A DNA stretch of 64,000 nucleotides from an uncultured Clostridium sp. (GCA_900543885.1 UQTA01000001.1:86395-150394); one strand, 5' to 3'; shown: positions 1 through 10,241, counted from the stretch's first letter. Notes: generated by a model not told the origin, from the letters alone. Numbers and translations: made by a program.

Positions 1-8
1 GTTTTCCT

Positions 9-824
9 CTATGCTTCTTTAATAGGGAACCACACAATATGCCAGTTAAAATATTCTTCCTCCGGCTTTGTCATACAGACTACCTGGGTCACAATATCTC
101 CTGCAAGACTTAAACCATTGTGTTTTAAATATTGGAAACCTTCTTTCAGGCTTTCCAAAGACAGATACTTTCCAGAACGTGAGGGAACGCAGGTATGGAC
201 GCAGAGACAAGGGGGATAATACTGCACCAGTTCTGACTCTTTTACATTTAAAAATTGCGCATACTCTTCCCGCAGTCCCATTCCGAAGTCAAACTCCGAG
301 TCTCCATTTTCCACTTTTTTCTGATAAAACACTGCGCAAGAAAAGACAAATGGCTCTTTCTCCGTCCACTCTGAAATCAGATCCAGCTGCTCCTTTTTCT
401 TAAATAAGGTATAATTTTTCTGGGTGTTCATCCGGTAGATCCCCGGTCTTTCCTCAATGCGAAACTTACCCACACTGTCTTTTGCATCCTTAAGGACCTG
501 CTGGCTCTGTCTGATACGCTTTAATAGATTCATCTGACGGATAATCTCCTGCTGGATCACTTCCTCCTGATCCACCATTTTTTCCCGTATTTCCAGCAAT
601 TCATGGCTTCTGAACAGTTCTGCCACCTCTTCTAAGGAAAAACCATAGTTCTGGTAGTGTCTGGCACGCAAAAGCATATGAAAATCCCAGGTATTATAGT
701 ATCTGTAGCCGGTTTCCGGGTCACGGACCGGACTGATAATGTTCCTGCTCTCATAATACCGGATCGCCTCTGCTGAAATCCCCAGCAGTTTTGCCATGGT
801 TCCAATACTGTATTTCTGATACAT
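9..824 (-). CDS. MerR family transcriptional regulator with C-terminal effector-binding (GyrI-like) domain
   Basis: N-terminal HTH of MerR type (YSIGTMAKLLGISAEAIRYYESRNIISP...TGYRYY); about 270 aa, typical of two-domain MerR regulators; divergent to the subtilase gene. Confidence 0.8.
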   Translation of the reverse strand: MYQKYSIGTMAKLLGISAEAIRYYESRNIISPVRDPETGYRYYNTWDFHMLLRARHYQNYGFSLEEVAELFRSHELLEIREKMVDQEEVIQQEIIRQMNLLKRIRQSQQVLKDAKDSVGKFRIEERPGIYRMNTQKNYTLFKKKEQLDLISEWTEKEPFVFSCAVFYQKKVENGDSEFDFGMGLREEYAQFLNVKESELVQYYPPCLCVHTCVPSRSGKYLSLESLKEGFQYLKHNGLSLAGDIVTQVVCMTKPEEEYFNWHIVWFPIKEA

Positions 825-990
825 CTTCTTTCCCCCTGCATTTCTTATACCGTTTATGCCTGTTAGACATAAATTTCATAACTGTTCACGTTCAAAACTC
901 TCAAGCCCCTTGAAAGATTTTTAACAAGAATATAACAAGTATACCATATTTCTTCAGAAAAATGTCATACTTTCATCACAGCTGCCATGG

Positions 991-1125
991 TATAATATAA
1001 TGCATCAAAAAGAAAAACAAGCGACACCATAGGTGGCATTTGTTTTTCTTTGATGCATTAACGAATGAACCGCCTGCGGCAGCAGGCAGTAGAGCGCGCA
1101 GCGCGGGGTTCATGAGTTTTTAATG
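991..1125 (+). promoter_or_regulatory. Leader/attenuator-like structured region upstream of the subtilase gene: TATAAT box, near-perfect 19-21 bp stem hairpin (1000-1058), then a GC-rich hairpin followed by a T-run (1066-1121)
   Basis: Inverted repeat atgcatcaaaaagaaaaacaa/ttgtttttctttgatgcat; GC-rich nested palindromes gcctgcggcagcaggc and gagcgcgcagcgcgg, followed by ttttt before the RBS aaggag at 1151. Confidence 0.4.
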
Positions 1126-1165
1126 ATGAAGAAACAAGCGACACCGCAAAAAAGGAGTATCCCCC

Positions 1166-2434
1166 ATGAAACGACTATCTGCAGGCATCATTTCCGCCTT
1201 GCTTTCCCTTACAATGACATTTACCCCCTGTTCCATATCAGCACTGGCTGCGCAGGAAAACAGCCAGGATTTTTCCCTTTTCTTCAGCGGTCCCGGTGTG
1301 TCAAATATCTCTTCCGGCGACGAATACAGTGAATATCAGTGGGCTCTTCACAATACCGGCCGGCTGCGCCGCACTGAAAAAGTATTAAATATCAAAACCC
1401 TGGACCACATTTATCTCCACTATGGCGAAAACGGCATTGATGATATTGCCCTTCCCCCTTTAGGTCCTGACAACTTTGAAGCGATCAACACCGATGCTGT
1501 AGAAAATATTGATATCAACATTGAAGATGCCTGGAAGACCTACAGTGAAACAGAAAATAAACGGACTGTCACGGTAGCTATTATTGATACCGGTATTGAC
1601 ACTACACACACCGACCTGAAAAACTCCATCTGGGTCAATGAGGACGAGATTCCCGGTGATGGCATTGACAACGATGGAAACGGCTATATAGATGATGTAA
1701 ATGGCTGGAACTTCATTTCTAACAGTAATGAAGTCTGGGGGGAGGAAGAAGACAGCCATGGAACTCACGGTGCCGGCACCATCGCCGCAGCCTGGAATAA
1801 TGGCGGTATCGCAGGCATTGCCGACAACACTCACGTTAAGATCATGGTATTAAAAGCCTTAGGCGGTTCTGACGGAAAAGGTTCCCCGGAAAGCGTCATT
1901 GAAGCCATTAAATACGCAGAAGCCAATGGTGCTGATATATGCAACTTAAGTTTTGGATCCACCAGCACTTCTCCTGAATTTGAAGCAGCAATCCGTGATT
2001 CCAAAATGCTCTTTGTAGTAGCAGCAGGAAATGGAAACCAGTACCAGATCGGTTACGATATCGACAAATCCCCTGTCTATCCTGCAAGCCTTCCTTATGA
2101 CAATGTGATCACCGTAGGAAATCTGCTTTTTAACGGCCACTTAGATGACAGTTCTAACTACGGCACCACAGCGGTAGACCTGGTAGCTCCCGGCACGTAT
2201 ATTTTAAGCACGATCCCTGGTAATTCCTACGCCTACATGAGCGGAACCTCTATGGCTGCTCCCATGGTAACTGGTGCTGCCGCCCTGATCTACTCTGCCA
2301 GAACCGATTTAAGCCTTCAGGACGTAAAAACTGCTATCCTTTCAACTGTACATAAATTAGCCCCATTAAAAGGCAAAACAGCAACCAGTGGTATGCTGGA
2401 TGTTTCTGCCGCTATCAAGTGGGTTAAAAATTAA
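1166..2434 (+). CDS. Secreted subtilisin-like serine peptidase (S8 family)
   Basis: Signal peptide; catalytic triad motifs VAIIDTGID, HGTHGAGTIAA, GTSMAAPMVTGAAAL; RBS aaaaggag upstream. Confidence 0.85.
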   Translation: MKRLSAGIISALLSLTMTFTPCSISALAAQENSQDFSLFFSGPGVSNISSGDEYSEYQWALHNTGRLRRTEKVLNIKTLDHIYLHYGENGIDDIALPPLGPDNFEAINTDAVENIDINIEDAWKTYSETENKRTVTVAIIDTGIDTTHTDLKNSIWVNEDEIPGDGIDNDGNGYIDDVNGWNFISNSNEVWGEEEDSHGTHGAGTIAAAWNNGGIAGIADNTHVKIMVLKALGGSDGKGSPESVIEAIKYAEANGADICNLSFGSTSTSPEFEAAIRDSKMLFVVAAGNGNQYQIGYDIDKSPVYPASLPYDNVITVGNLLFNGHLDDSSNYGTTAVDLVAPGTYILSTIPGNSYAYMSGTSMAAPMVTGAAALIYSARTDLSLQDVKTAILSTVHKLAPLKGKTATSGMLDVSAAIKWVKN

Positions 2435-2447
2435 TGCTGATGACGAA

Positions 2448-3380
2448 TTATAAAGAATCATAACAATTCAGCCCTGCAACTATTGCTGCATAATCTCCGA
2501 TCCGCTCTCCTAAAGCAGCCGGCACGATCTCACATGCCGCCCTGTTCATGGGGAGCGCTTCTTTTTCCAGTTCTTCATACATGGTCTTATCTAAAAGCTG
2601 GTGGCTTCTGGCATAAACAGAACCGACTACGATTTTCTCTGGATTTAAAAGATCCATAAGGATCGCCAGTCCCCGCCCAAAAACAGCACCGCATCTGGCA
2701 TAGACCGCCAAAGCCGTCTCGTCACCAGCCTCTGCCCGCTTGGCCAGTTCTTTTGCGCTTCCTTCTGTTCCAAAGTATCCAGCCAGTTTTGCAATTCCGC
2801 CTCCGGAGCAAAATCCTTCAAAACTTCCTGCTTTTCCATAACCCACCGGTCCTTCTGGTTCCATACGGATATGTCCTGCTTCCCCAGCCATGCCAGTACT
2901 TCCTCTGTATAGTTGTCCGTTTAAGATAAGACCGCAGCCAAGCCCTGTGCCAAAGGTCAGAAAAATCATATTCTTACAGCCTTTTCCAGCACCGAATTTC
3001 CACTCTGCCAAAGCTCCTGCATCCGCATCATTTTCCATTTCTACAGGAATTCCTAGCTTTCTTTTCAGGTATTCCACTACAGGTACCTGATCCCAGCCTG
3101 GAAGATTGGGCGGCGATAAGATCCATTTCCGATCCGTGCTTAAAGGACCGCCACAGGAAATTCCTCCACAAACAACCGTCTTCTCGCCCTTTTTCCCCAT
3201 ATTTAAACCGTGTTTCTTTGCCATCTCCAGCGCTTTGCATGCCAAATTTTCCAGAACTTTTTCCCAGTCCCGTTCTGTCTGCATTTCATAACGTTCCAGG
3301 AAGTTGGTATGGTCATTGTCCACCTGTGCCAGTATCACAGCGCATTTTGTGCCTCCAATATCAAATCCATACAGATACAT
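2448..3380 (-). CDS. ROK/BadF-type sugar kinase (glucokinase or N-acetylglucosamine kinase-like)
   Basis: N-terminal YGFDIGGTK ATPase motif, GTGLGCGLI and GEAGH motifs of the ROK/ASKHA fold; the zinc motif is only partly conserved. Confidence 0.6.
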   Translation of the reverse strand: MYLYGFDIGGTKCAVILAQVDNDHTNFLERYEMQTERDWEKVLENLACKALEMAKKHGLNMGKKGEKTVVCGGISCGGPLSTDRKWILSPPNLPGWDQVPVVEYLKRKLGIPVEMENDADAGALAEWKFGAGKGCKNMIFLTFGTGLGCGLILNGQLYRGSTGMAGEAGHIRMEPEGPVGYGKAGSFEGFCSGGGIAKLAGYFGTEGSAKELAKRAEAGDETALAVYARCGAVFGRGLAILMDLLNPEKIVVGSVYARSHQLLDKTMYEELEKEALPMNRAACEIVPAALGERIGDYAAIVAGLNCYDSL

Positions 3381-3487
3381 ACTGGATCTCCTTTCTACAA
3401 AAACAGCTCCGGCAGACTAAAAACCTGCCGGAGCATATTTCTCTGTTACTGTTCATTCATTGCATGACCAGCAATGGAACAGCCTGA

Positions 3488-4564
3488 TTATTTAACTGCA
3501 TCTAAGTTTAAGATAGAAACGCCAGTGTCGATATAATCAGGAGCTACCTTACCATCATTGATAGCGGTGATTGCTGCATACATACCTTCATAACCCATAA
3601 CGTCTGGATTCTGAGCCATTGTGCAGATCAGAGCGCCGTCTTTGATCAGCTGGATAACTGCATCAGACTTGTCCATACCTGCTGCTACAACGTTATTTCC
3701 ATCTTCTGCAACTGCATTACCAACACCAACACAAGAACCTTCGTTTGCACCAAACAGTGCTACACAACCCTGAGAAATAAAGTTAGCTGCTGCGTCTTTG
3801 GATTTTGCTGCATCGCCATCAGCATACTGAGTTTCAAGGATCTCATAAGCGGTTCCTTCAAATGCAGAACGGAAGCCTTCGTCACGGTCTACAGTAGAAG
3901 TAGTTGCTGCGTTTACAGAAACGATACCGATCTTTCCTTCTTTAACTCCCTTAGCTTCCAGAGCTGCTAAAACCTGCTCGCCAGCGGTCTTTCCTGCTGC
4001 GCGGTTGTCAGTTCCCAGCTGCTGTACACATGGATAATTTGCGAAAGAGTCAACCTGAACGATCTTAACACCAGCCTGATCAGCTTCTTCCAGCGCTGCA
4101 GTAATAGCATCAGGACCATTTGCAGCTACCAGAATAGCGGTTGCGCCATCAGCTACTGCGTTATTTACACACTCGATCTGCTTTGCGTCATCTTTTACAT
4201 CTGGAGCGATCCACTTATAATCACAGCCAAGTTCTTCTGCTGCCTGCTTGCAGCCCTTGTCCATGTTTACCCAGTGCTGATCCATAGAGTCGATAGTAAT
4301 CAGAACTACTTTCTGTCCTTTTCCATCTCCAGGCTTTGCAATGTCTCCTGTTTCCCCAGACAGCATATCATTGCCAGAAGCAGCCTCTTCCTTCTTTTCT
4401 TCCTTGGTGGTTTCTTCAGCCTTGCTTTCTTCCTTCTTCTCCTCTGCAGTGGTTGCTGCCTCTGTAGCTGCTGCAGTTGTTTCCTTTGGAGTAGATGAGC
4501 AGCCTGCTAATAATGCAGAACCAAGTGCTGCCGCCAGAATCATTGAAATCGCTTTTTTCCTCAT
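3488..4564 (-). CDS. Sugar ABC transporter substrate-binding lipoprotein (PBP1, ribose/galactose type) with E/K/T/A-rich low-complexity linker
   Basis: Lipobox LLAGCSS; periplasmic-binding-protein type I core; operon with permease and tandem ATPase. Confidence 0.8.
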   Translation of the reverse strand: MRKKAISMILAAALGSALLAGCSSTPKETTAAATEAATTAEEKKEESKAEETTKEEKKEEAASGNDMLSGETGDIAKPGDGKGQKVVLITIDSMDQHWVNMDKGCKQAAEELGCDYKWIAPDVKDDAKQIECVNNAVADGATAILVAANGPDAITAALEEADQAGVKIVQVDSFANYPCVQQLGTDNRAAGKTAGEQVLAALEAKGVKEGKIGIVSVNAATTSTVDRDEGFRSAFEGTAYEILETQYADGDAAKSKDAAANFISQGCVALFGANEGSCVGVGNAVAEDGNNVVAAGMDKSDAVIQLIKDGALICTMAQNPDVMGYEGMYAAITAINDGKVAPDYIDTGVSILNLDAVK

Positions 4565-4648
4565 AATACTATACCTTTCCTTTCTTTATTGTGAAAGCAT
4601 TTTTATGCTTTACCTTCGTTTTTACTCTTGTTTACCAGTTACTCAAAA

Positions 4649-5665
4649 TTAATTGCTTTTATGCTTCTTGCTCTTGCCTCTGCCGCTTCTTACAACAACA
4701 TCCATAAGAACTGCAACAACTACGATAATACCAATAACGATATTTCTAATTGCAACAGGTGCTCCGGCAAACTGAAGACCATTCTGTAAAACGCCCCAGA
4801 TTGCTGCACCGATCACAGTACCAAGTAAGATACCGGAACCACCCAGTGTAGATACACCGCCGATTACGGAAGCTGCTACTGCATACATTTCATAAGATGT
4901 ACCGGCATCCATAGTACCTGTACCAGTAGATGCACAGGTGATCAGACCTGTTACACAGGCACAGAACGCAGATACAATGTAAACATAAATAACGGTATTA
5001 TCTACATTAACACCGGAAAGTCTAGCCGCGTCAATATTGCTTCCTGTTGCATAAATATGACGGCCCGTTCTGGTACAGCTCATAATGTAGTTAAATACAA
5101 ACCAGATGATCACTGCAATCCAGAAAGCACTGAAAATGCCTAATACTTTGCCGCTGTAGAAGAAAGTACGGAAGCCTTTTGCTGCTTCACCAATGGAATC
5201 TGTATTGTAGTTTCCATTGACGATCTGTGCAATACCTCTTGCAATGGTCATTGTACCTAAGGTTGCGATGAATGGCGGCAGCTTACATTTAGATACCAGG
5301 ATACCATTGATGTATCCAACTAACAGGCAGGCAATCAATGTGATCACCATTGCCACCCATGGATTCATTCCGTGGCACATTAATGTTGCTGAGATCATAC
5401 AGCTCATACCTACTACTGAGCCGATGGAAAGATCGATATTTCCTGTGAATAATACATAGGACTGACCTATGCCGATCAGAAGTGTAGGTGCGATCTGCCG
5501 CAGCAGGTTTGCTGTATTTCTGTAGGTAAAGAAATTCGGATTGATGATTCCAAATACCAGGCATAAAACGATCAGACCGACTGTTACTGTTACAACCTGT
5601 CCCATTCCCCTCTGGGAAAGGAAGCGCCCCAGTACACCGGGCTTTTTATCACTTGAACTGCTCAT
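4649..5665 (-). CDS. Sugar ABC transporter permease (RbsC/MglC-like, about 10 TM)
   Basis: Highly hydrophobic 338-aa protein with the RbsC-family pattern, adjacent to the tandem ABC ATPase. Confidence 0.85.
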   Translation of the reverse strand: MSSSSDKKPGVLGRFLSQRGMGQVVTVTVGLIVLCLVFGIINPNFFTYRNTANLLRQIAPTLLIGIGQSYVLFTGNIDLSIGSVVGMSCMISATLMCHGMNPWVAMVITLIACLLVGYINGILVSKCKLPPFIATLGTMTIARGIAQIVNGNYNTDSIGEAAKGFRTFFYSGKVLGIFSAFWIAVIIWFVFNYIMSCTRTGRHIYATGSNIDAARLSGVNVDNTVIYVYIVSAFCACVTGLITCASTGTGTMDAGTSYEMYAVAASVIGGVSTLGGSGILLGTVIGAAIWGVLQNGLQFAGAPVAIRNIVIGIIVVVAVLMDVVVRSGRGKSKKHKSN

Positions 5666-5701
5666 ATTGTCCCTCCTTGATGAGATTGAATCTAAAACGT
5701 A

Positions 5702-7237
5702 TTATGACGCTGTTTTCTGCTCAAACTGCGTTGCCTTTGTTAAGATCATATCCTGGGTTGCCTCTTCTGCTGAAAATTCTCCGGTAATGCGTCCGTCACA
5801 CATAACAATGATCCGGTCACTCATTCCCATTACCTCCGGCATCTCAGAAGAAACAAACATAACACCGATTCCATTCTGCTTCAACTGATTCATCAGGTTG
5901 TAGATCTCTACCTTTGCAGCTACATCAATACCTCTGGTCGGTTCATCAAAGATAACAACTCTTGAGTTTCTGGCCAGCCACTTGGCAACTACCACTTTCT
6001 GCTGATTTCCTCCTGAAAGACTTCCTGCATCCACCTGGGCATTGGGAAGCTTGATCTTCAGAGCTTTTACAGCATTATCAACCATTTCCTTTTCTTTTTT
6101 CCGGTTAACTGTTCCAACCGGACCTTCACAAAGCATATCCAGATTTGGAAGAGCAATATTGTCTGCTATACTTAGTCTTGTGCACAGACCATCTTTCTTT
6201 CTGTCTTCCGGTGCCAGTACCAGACCTGCTTTAATGGAATCCGCCGGACAATTGATCTTTACTTCTTTTCCGTCAATGAAGATCTCTCCGCTTTCCTTTG
6301 GATCAATGCCGAAGATCGCACGGGTTGTTTCTGTACGTCCTGCACCCATCAGTCCTGCGATACCAACAATCTCACCTTCAAACAGTTCCAGGTTAATATC
6401 CCGTACCATTTTTCCTGCATTCAGATGCTTTACTTCCAGGATCTTCTTTCCCTTTTTGCAGGATACTCTTGGGAATTTCTCTTTGATCTCATGTCCTACC
6501 ATATTTGCAATGATCTCATCCATGCGGTTGATATCATATGGCATCTGAGTGATATATTTTCCATCACGCATAATGATAACACGGTCTACAATATGCTGTA
6601 ATTCCTCTAATCGGTGGGATATGTAGATAATACCGATTCCTTCATCCTTTAACTGATGAATGATCTTAAACAATTCATCAATTTCCTTGGATGTAAGGGC
6701 GGAAGTAGGCTCGTCCATGATCAGCACTTTTGCATTCTGTGAAAGTGCCTTGGCGATTTCTACCATCTGCTGCTTGGAAACAGCCAGTTCACTGACCTGC
6801 GCTTTTGGATCAATATCAATATTCAATTTGTGAAGAATCTCTTTCGTCTCCTGATTCATCCGTTCATTATCCAGACGGCCATTCTTTAACAGCTCCCGTC
6901 CCAGGAAAATATTTTCTGCCACACTTAAGTGGGTACACATATTTAACTCCTGATGAATGATCGCAACGCCTGCCTCTTTGGCTTTATTTGCATCCCACTC
7001 GCCAATTTTATTTCCAAACAGGATAATCTCTCCGTCATCCCTCTGATAGACACCTGAAAGGATCTTCATCAGTGTTGACTTACCAGCACCATTTTCCCCC
7101 AAAAGGGCCAGCACCTCTCCGGCATACAGATCCAGTTTTACATTATCTAGAGCCTTTACACCGGGAAACTCTTTCATAATGCCTGTCATTCGGACCAGTT
7201 CTTTGCCCACAGGCACTTCTGCCTTCTTCTCTCCCAT
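5702..7237 (-). CDS. Sugar ABC transporter ATP-binding protein, tandem ABC domains (RbsA/MglA family)
   Basis: Walker A GENGAGKST, Walker B LIMDEPT, H-loop and second ABC domain present; 511 aa. Confidence 0.9.
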   Translation of the reverse strand: MGEKKAEVPVGKELVRMTGIMKEFPGVKALDNVKLDLYAGEVLALLGENGAGKSTLMKILSGVYQRDDGEIILFGNKIGEWDANKAKEAGVAIIHQELNMCTHLSVAENIFLGRELLKNGRLDNERMNQETKEILHKLNIDIDPKAQVSELAVSKQQMVEIAKALSQNAKVLIMDEPTSALTSKEIDELFKIIHQLKDEGIGIIYISHRLEELQHIVDRVIIMRDGKYITQMPYDINRMDEIIANMVGHEIKEKFPRVSCKKGKKILEVKHLNAGKMVRDINLELFEGEIVGIAGLMGAGRTETTRAIFGIDPKESGEIFIDGKEVKINCPADSIKAGLVLAPEDRKKDGLCTRLSIADNIALPNLDMLCEGPVGTVNRKKEKEMVDNAVKALKIKLPNAQVDAGSLSGGNQQKVVVAKWLARNSRVVIFDEPTRGIDVAAKVEIYNLMNQLKQNGIGVMFVSSEMPEVMGMSDRIIVMCDGRITGEFSAEEATQDMILTKATQFEQKTAS

Positions 7238-7304
7238 ATTTGCTTCCTTTCAAAGATGTTTCGCTTTTATACGGTATCTATATCGTAACAATCCAGCCTT
7301 GCAT

Positions 7305-8600
7305 CTATTTTGTCAGTGATTCGATCCTCAGGCAGCACTCCATCATAGCCCGGTCTGTATGATAAATACATTTCCACTGATTTCCTGTATCATCGATCAC
7401 AGGTGTTCCGTCTGCTAACAGCAGCTGTCTGGACTCGCCAACCTCTGGATTATAGAAATATTTCTTATCAAATTCCCATAATTTGACAAATGTATCCAGA
7501 TACCGCTCATCCTCTGTGGCCTGATAGGAATCCAGAAAGCCTGTCAGAGATTCAAAATTCTGCCACCATTCCTTGTCTGTTACAACGATCCGTCCATCAT
7601 GCATTCCATCTCTGTAAATACCGCCGTGAACATTATCCCAGCCATTTGCCAGTGTGTAATCTGCAAATTTTCTGGTAAATTCTCTTGCAGGCGGAAGTCC
7701 TAATACTTCGTATGCACGATTTAACAGCCAGATCAGTTCAATATTATGTCCATAAGAAGTTGTATCCAGTGGATTTTTATTAGCGCTTTCCGGATCTCTG
7801 TCGTAGTTCCAGGTTCTGCGGATAGAAATTGCAGGCTTTGGCGTAAAATCAATGGAGAACTGATTTCTGCCGCACCAGAAATCATAATCAACCATGTGTT
7901 TCAATACAATATCAATGATTTCCTGCAAAGCTCTCTTATGTACTTCCTTGTGGGTTGCTTCATAAAGAGTAGTATAAGCTTCCATGGTGTGCATGTGGAT
8001 ATCCAGTGATTTCAGATCTCCTCCGTAAACACCGGCACTTTCCAGTGTCCAGTCCTCTTTAAAGTTTTCAAAATAGCCGCCGTAAAATGTATCAGCTGCA
8101 TATTTTTTCAAAGCATCAAAGGTTTTCTCCGCATATTCAATTCCCCGTTCATCACCGGTAGCCATATAATATTCAGCTAATGCATAAATAGCAAATGTCT
8201 GTCCATAAACCAGTTTTCCATTGTCCAGAACATTTCCTTTACGGTCTGTTACCCATGCCCAGCCTGTATTCTTTTTATCCCAGAACTTATCAATGAAGAA
8301 ATCCACGCCCTGTTTTGCTGCCTCTTTGCACTTTTCCTCCCAGCCATAGCGTTTTGCCAGACCATTTCGAAGAAGTGCTGAAAATCCCCAGATCATACGT
8401 GTCTGAGTTACGATCATCTTATCTTCAGGCGTTAATACTGCCAGTTCCTTCATCAGCTTTCCCTTAGAATCAAAGCATACCAAATAACCGCCGTATTCTT
8501 TATCAATTCCGTTTTCAAGCCAAAAAGGAACGCTTTCCTTCATAAAGCCTTCCATTTCTTTTTTCACTATAAGGAGTTTTTCTCTCTTTGACTGTTCCAT
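7305..8600 (-). CDS. N-acylglucosamine 2-epimerase (AGE) superfamily protein (cellobiose 2-epimerase / sugar isomerase-like)
   Basis: 431 aa alpha/alpha-barrel AGE-like sequence; RBS aggagg 8 nt upstream. Confidence 0.7.
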   Translation of the reverse strand: MEQSKREKLLIVKKEMEGFMKESVPFWLENGIDKEYGGYLVCFDSKGKLMKELAVLTPEDKMIVTQTRMIWGFSALLRNGLAKRYGWEEKCKEAAKQGVDFFIDKFWDKKNTGWAWVTDRKGNVLDNGKLVYGQTFAIYALAEYYMATGDERGIEYAEKTFDALKKYAADTFYGGYFENFKEDWTLESAGVYGGDLKSLDIHMHTMEAYTTLYEATHKEVHKRALQEIIDIVLKHMVDYDFWCGRNQFSIDFTPKPAISIRRTWNYDRDPESANKNPLDTTSYGHNIELIWLLNRAYEVLGLPPAREFTRKFADYTLANGWDNVHGGIYRDGMHDGRIVVTDKEWWQNFESLTGFLDSYQATEDERYLDTFVKLWEFDKKYFYNPEVGESRQLLLADGTPVIDDTGNQWKCIYHTDRAMMECCLRIESLTK

Positions 8601-8611
8601 TATCCTTTACC

Positions 8612-8653
8612 CCTCCTGTTCTTCTGTTACAAAAAGTATATCAGAACAGGAGG
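8612..8653 (-). promoter_or_regulatory. Hairpin (11-bp stem) whose 3' arm contains the Shine-Dalgarno of the AGE gene
   Basis: cctcctgttct...agaacaggagg inverted repeat; the aggagg RBS lies within the stem. Confidence 0.35.
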
Positions 8654-8774
8654 AAATAATAAGGGGACATTTTTCAGAATTAGGTAGACATTTTTTAGAT
8701 AATTTTCCGTTGCTGGTCATGCAACGCATAAACAGTAACCATTTTTCATTCATGAAGAATACTGAGGATCTTTA

Positions 8775-10223
8775 TCAGAAAAGTCTGCTGGCGATCCCGT
8801 ACTCCTGAGGTTCCAACAATATCGAAAGTTTTCCATCTTTCACAATACCGATATGATCGGATATATATACACAATCTGTCAGATAACTGGTAAGCATTAA
8901 AATACATACACCTGCTGCCTTTAGTTCCTGTATTCTTTTCAAAATATACGTACGGCAATGCATATCCCCATAGGCAAAAGGCTTCTTGATCACCAGGATC
9001 CGTGGATGAAACAATTTTATTTTATTATAGATCAACCCGTATTTTTCTTTTAAAGAGAGGGACTCGATACTTTTTGTGTCAATAACATCTCCTGCTTCCC
9101 CATAGTATTCACTGCGCACACTGTTTATGTAAGACTGCTTTAATATGCTTTTCTTTAATTTTCGATCCAGCAAAAAGGTAAGATTTTCCAGATAAGACAT
9201 TTCGGAAAACAGAAATGACTGTACCGGATTATCATCCAAAACGATCATTCCCCGATCAAGGCTGCTTTTTACTTTCTTTTCTATTTTTTTGTTTCCGCAG
9301 AAAATATTTCCCTCATAATCTGTAATTTCGCCTGCAAGGATCTCTGTCAGCCGGTCCATGATCTGATTATCAGAATCCAGTAGCGTAATGCATTCTCCTG
9401 ATTTAACGCCAAGGTTCAGATTATGTATATCCGGATCTGTAATATTTTTCAATTCCAGCATATACCCCTTATTTCCTTCCGGCTTAAATACTGCATTTTC
9501 TTTAAAATAGTAAATATATGGTGCTATAGCCTCTTCTCTGAAATCCTTCGGTTCAAATAATTTTTTGATCCTTCCTCTGGAAAACAACGCGATCCTGTCA
9601 CAGATTTTAAACATAATCCAATGATGATAGCAAAAATACAAGGTAGATATCCCCATACTGCGCACTTTCCTTAAAAGCTGATGAAACTGCTCAAGATCCG
9701 CCTGTCCCACCAGTTTTTCCGGATATAGAACTACCAAAAGCTTGCTTCCCATTAAGTAAGCTTTTGCAATCTCTACCATGATCCGTTCCATGGTAGTAAG
9801 TCTTTCTACCCTTTTATTTAAATCCAGTTCCATGGAAAGCTGCTTAAAAACTCTTGCCGCCTGCTCCCGCAAAACCCATTCATTGATCATATGTTTTTTA
9901 AAACCAGGGCGCATCACAAACAAATTATCAGCAATCGACAGATCTGAGATCAGAGAACTTTTCTGATCGATCTGGTAAATACGGTTGGATGTTTCTTCCT
10001 GGTTCAGATAACTGTTCACCAGTTTTCCATCCACATATACTCTTCCGGCATCAATGGGATGATTTTTTTCTGTCAGTTCAATCAGTTCTTTAATTCCTCT
10101 GTCATTAACGGACAGCATTCCCACGATTTCCCCTGTTGTCATGTAAAAACTGAAATTATCCAGATAAACGGCCCCGTCTTTTTTACAGGTCACATTTTCA
10201 AATCGAAGTATTTCCTGTTTCAT
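8775..10223 (-). CDS. Degenerate tandem ABC-ATPase-like protein (pseudo-ATPase paralog of the RbsA/MglA family; Walker A, Walker B and signature motifs lost in both halves)
   Basis: The two-domain ABC fold is recognisable (MVEIAKAY mirrors MVEIAKAL of the neighbouring active ATPase). Walker A is TGEIVGMLSVNDRGIKE and Walker B is VVLYPE; the second half is similarly degenerate. Confidence 0.6.
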   Translation of the reverse strand: MKQEILRFENVTCKKDGAVYLDNFSFYMTTGEIVGMLSVNDRGIKELIELTEKNHPIDAGRVYVDGKLVNSYLNQEETSNRIYQIDQKSSLISDLSIADNLFVMRPGFKKHMINEWVLREQAARVFKQLSMELDLNKRVERLTTMERIMVEIAKAYLMGSKLLVVLYPEKLVGQADLEQFHQLLRKVRSMGISTLYFCYHHWIMFKICDRIALFSRGRIKKLFEPKDFREEAIAPYIYYFKENAVFKPEGNKGYMLELKNITDPDIHNLNLGVKSGECITLLDSDNQIMDRLTEILAGEITDYEGNIFCGNKKIEKKVKSSLDRGMIVLDDNPVQSFLFSEMSYLENLTFLLDRKLKKSILKQSYINSVRSEYYGEAGDVIDTKSIESLSLKEKYGLIYNKIKLFHPRILVIKKPFAYGDMHCRTYILKRIQELKAAGVCILMLTSYLTDCVYISDHIGIVKDGKLSILLEPQEYGIASRLF

Positions 10224-10241
10224 AAGTATCTCCTGATTGGA

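Noticed and set aside
1123-1332. 69-aa ORF overlapping the subtilase start
   Set aside because: It is out of frame with, and overlaps, the well-supported signal-peptide-bearing subtilase start at 1166, which has its own RBS.
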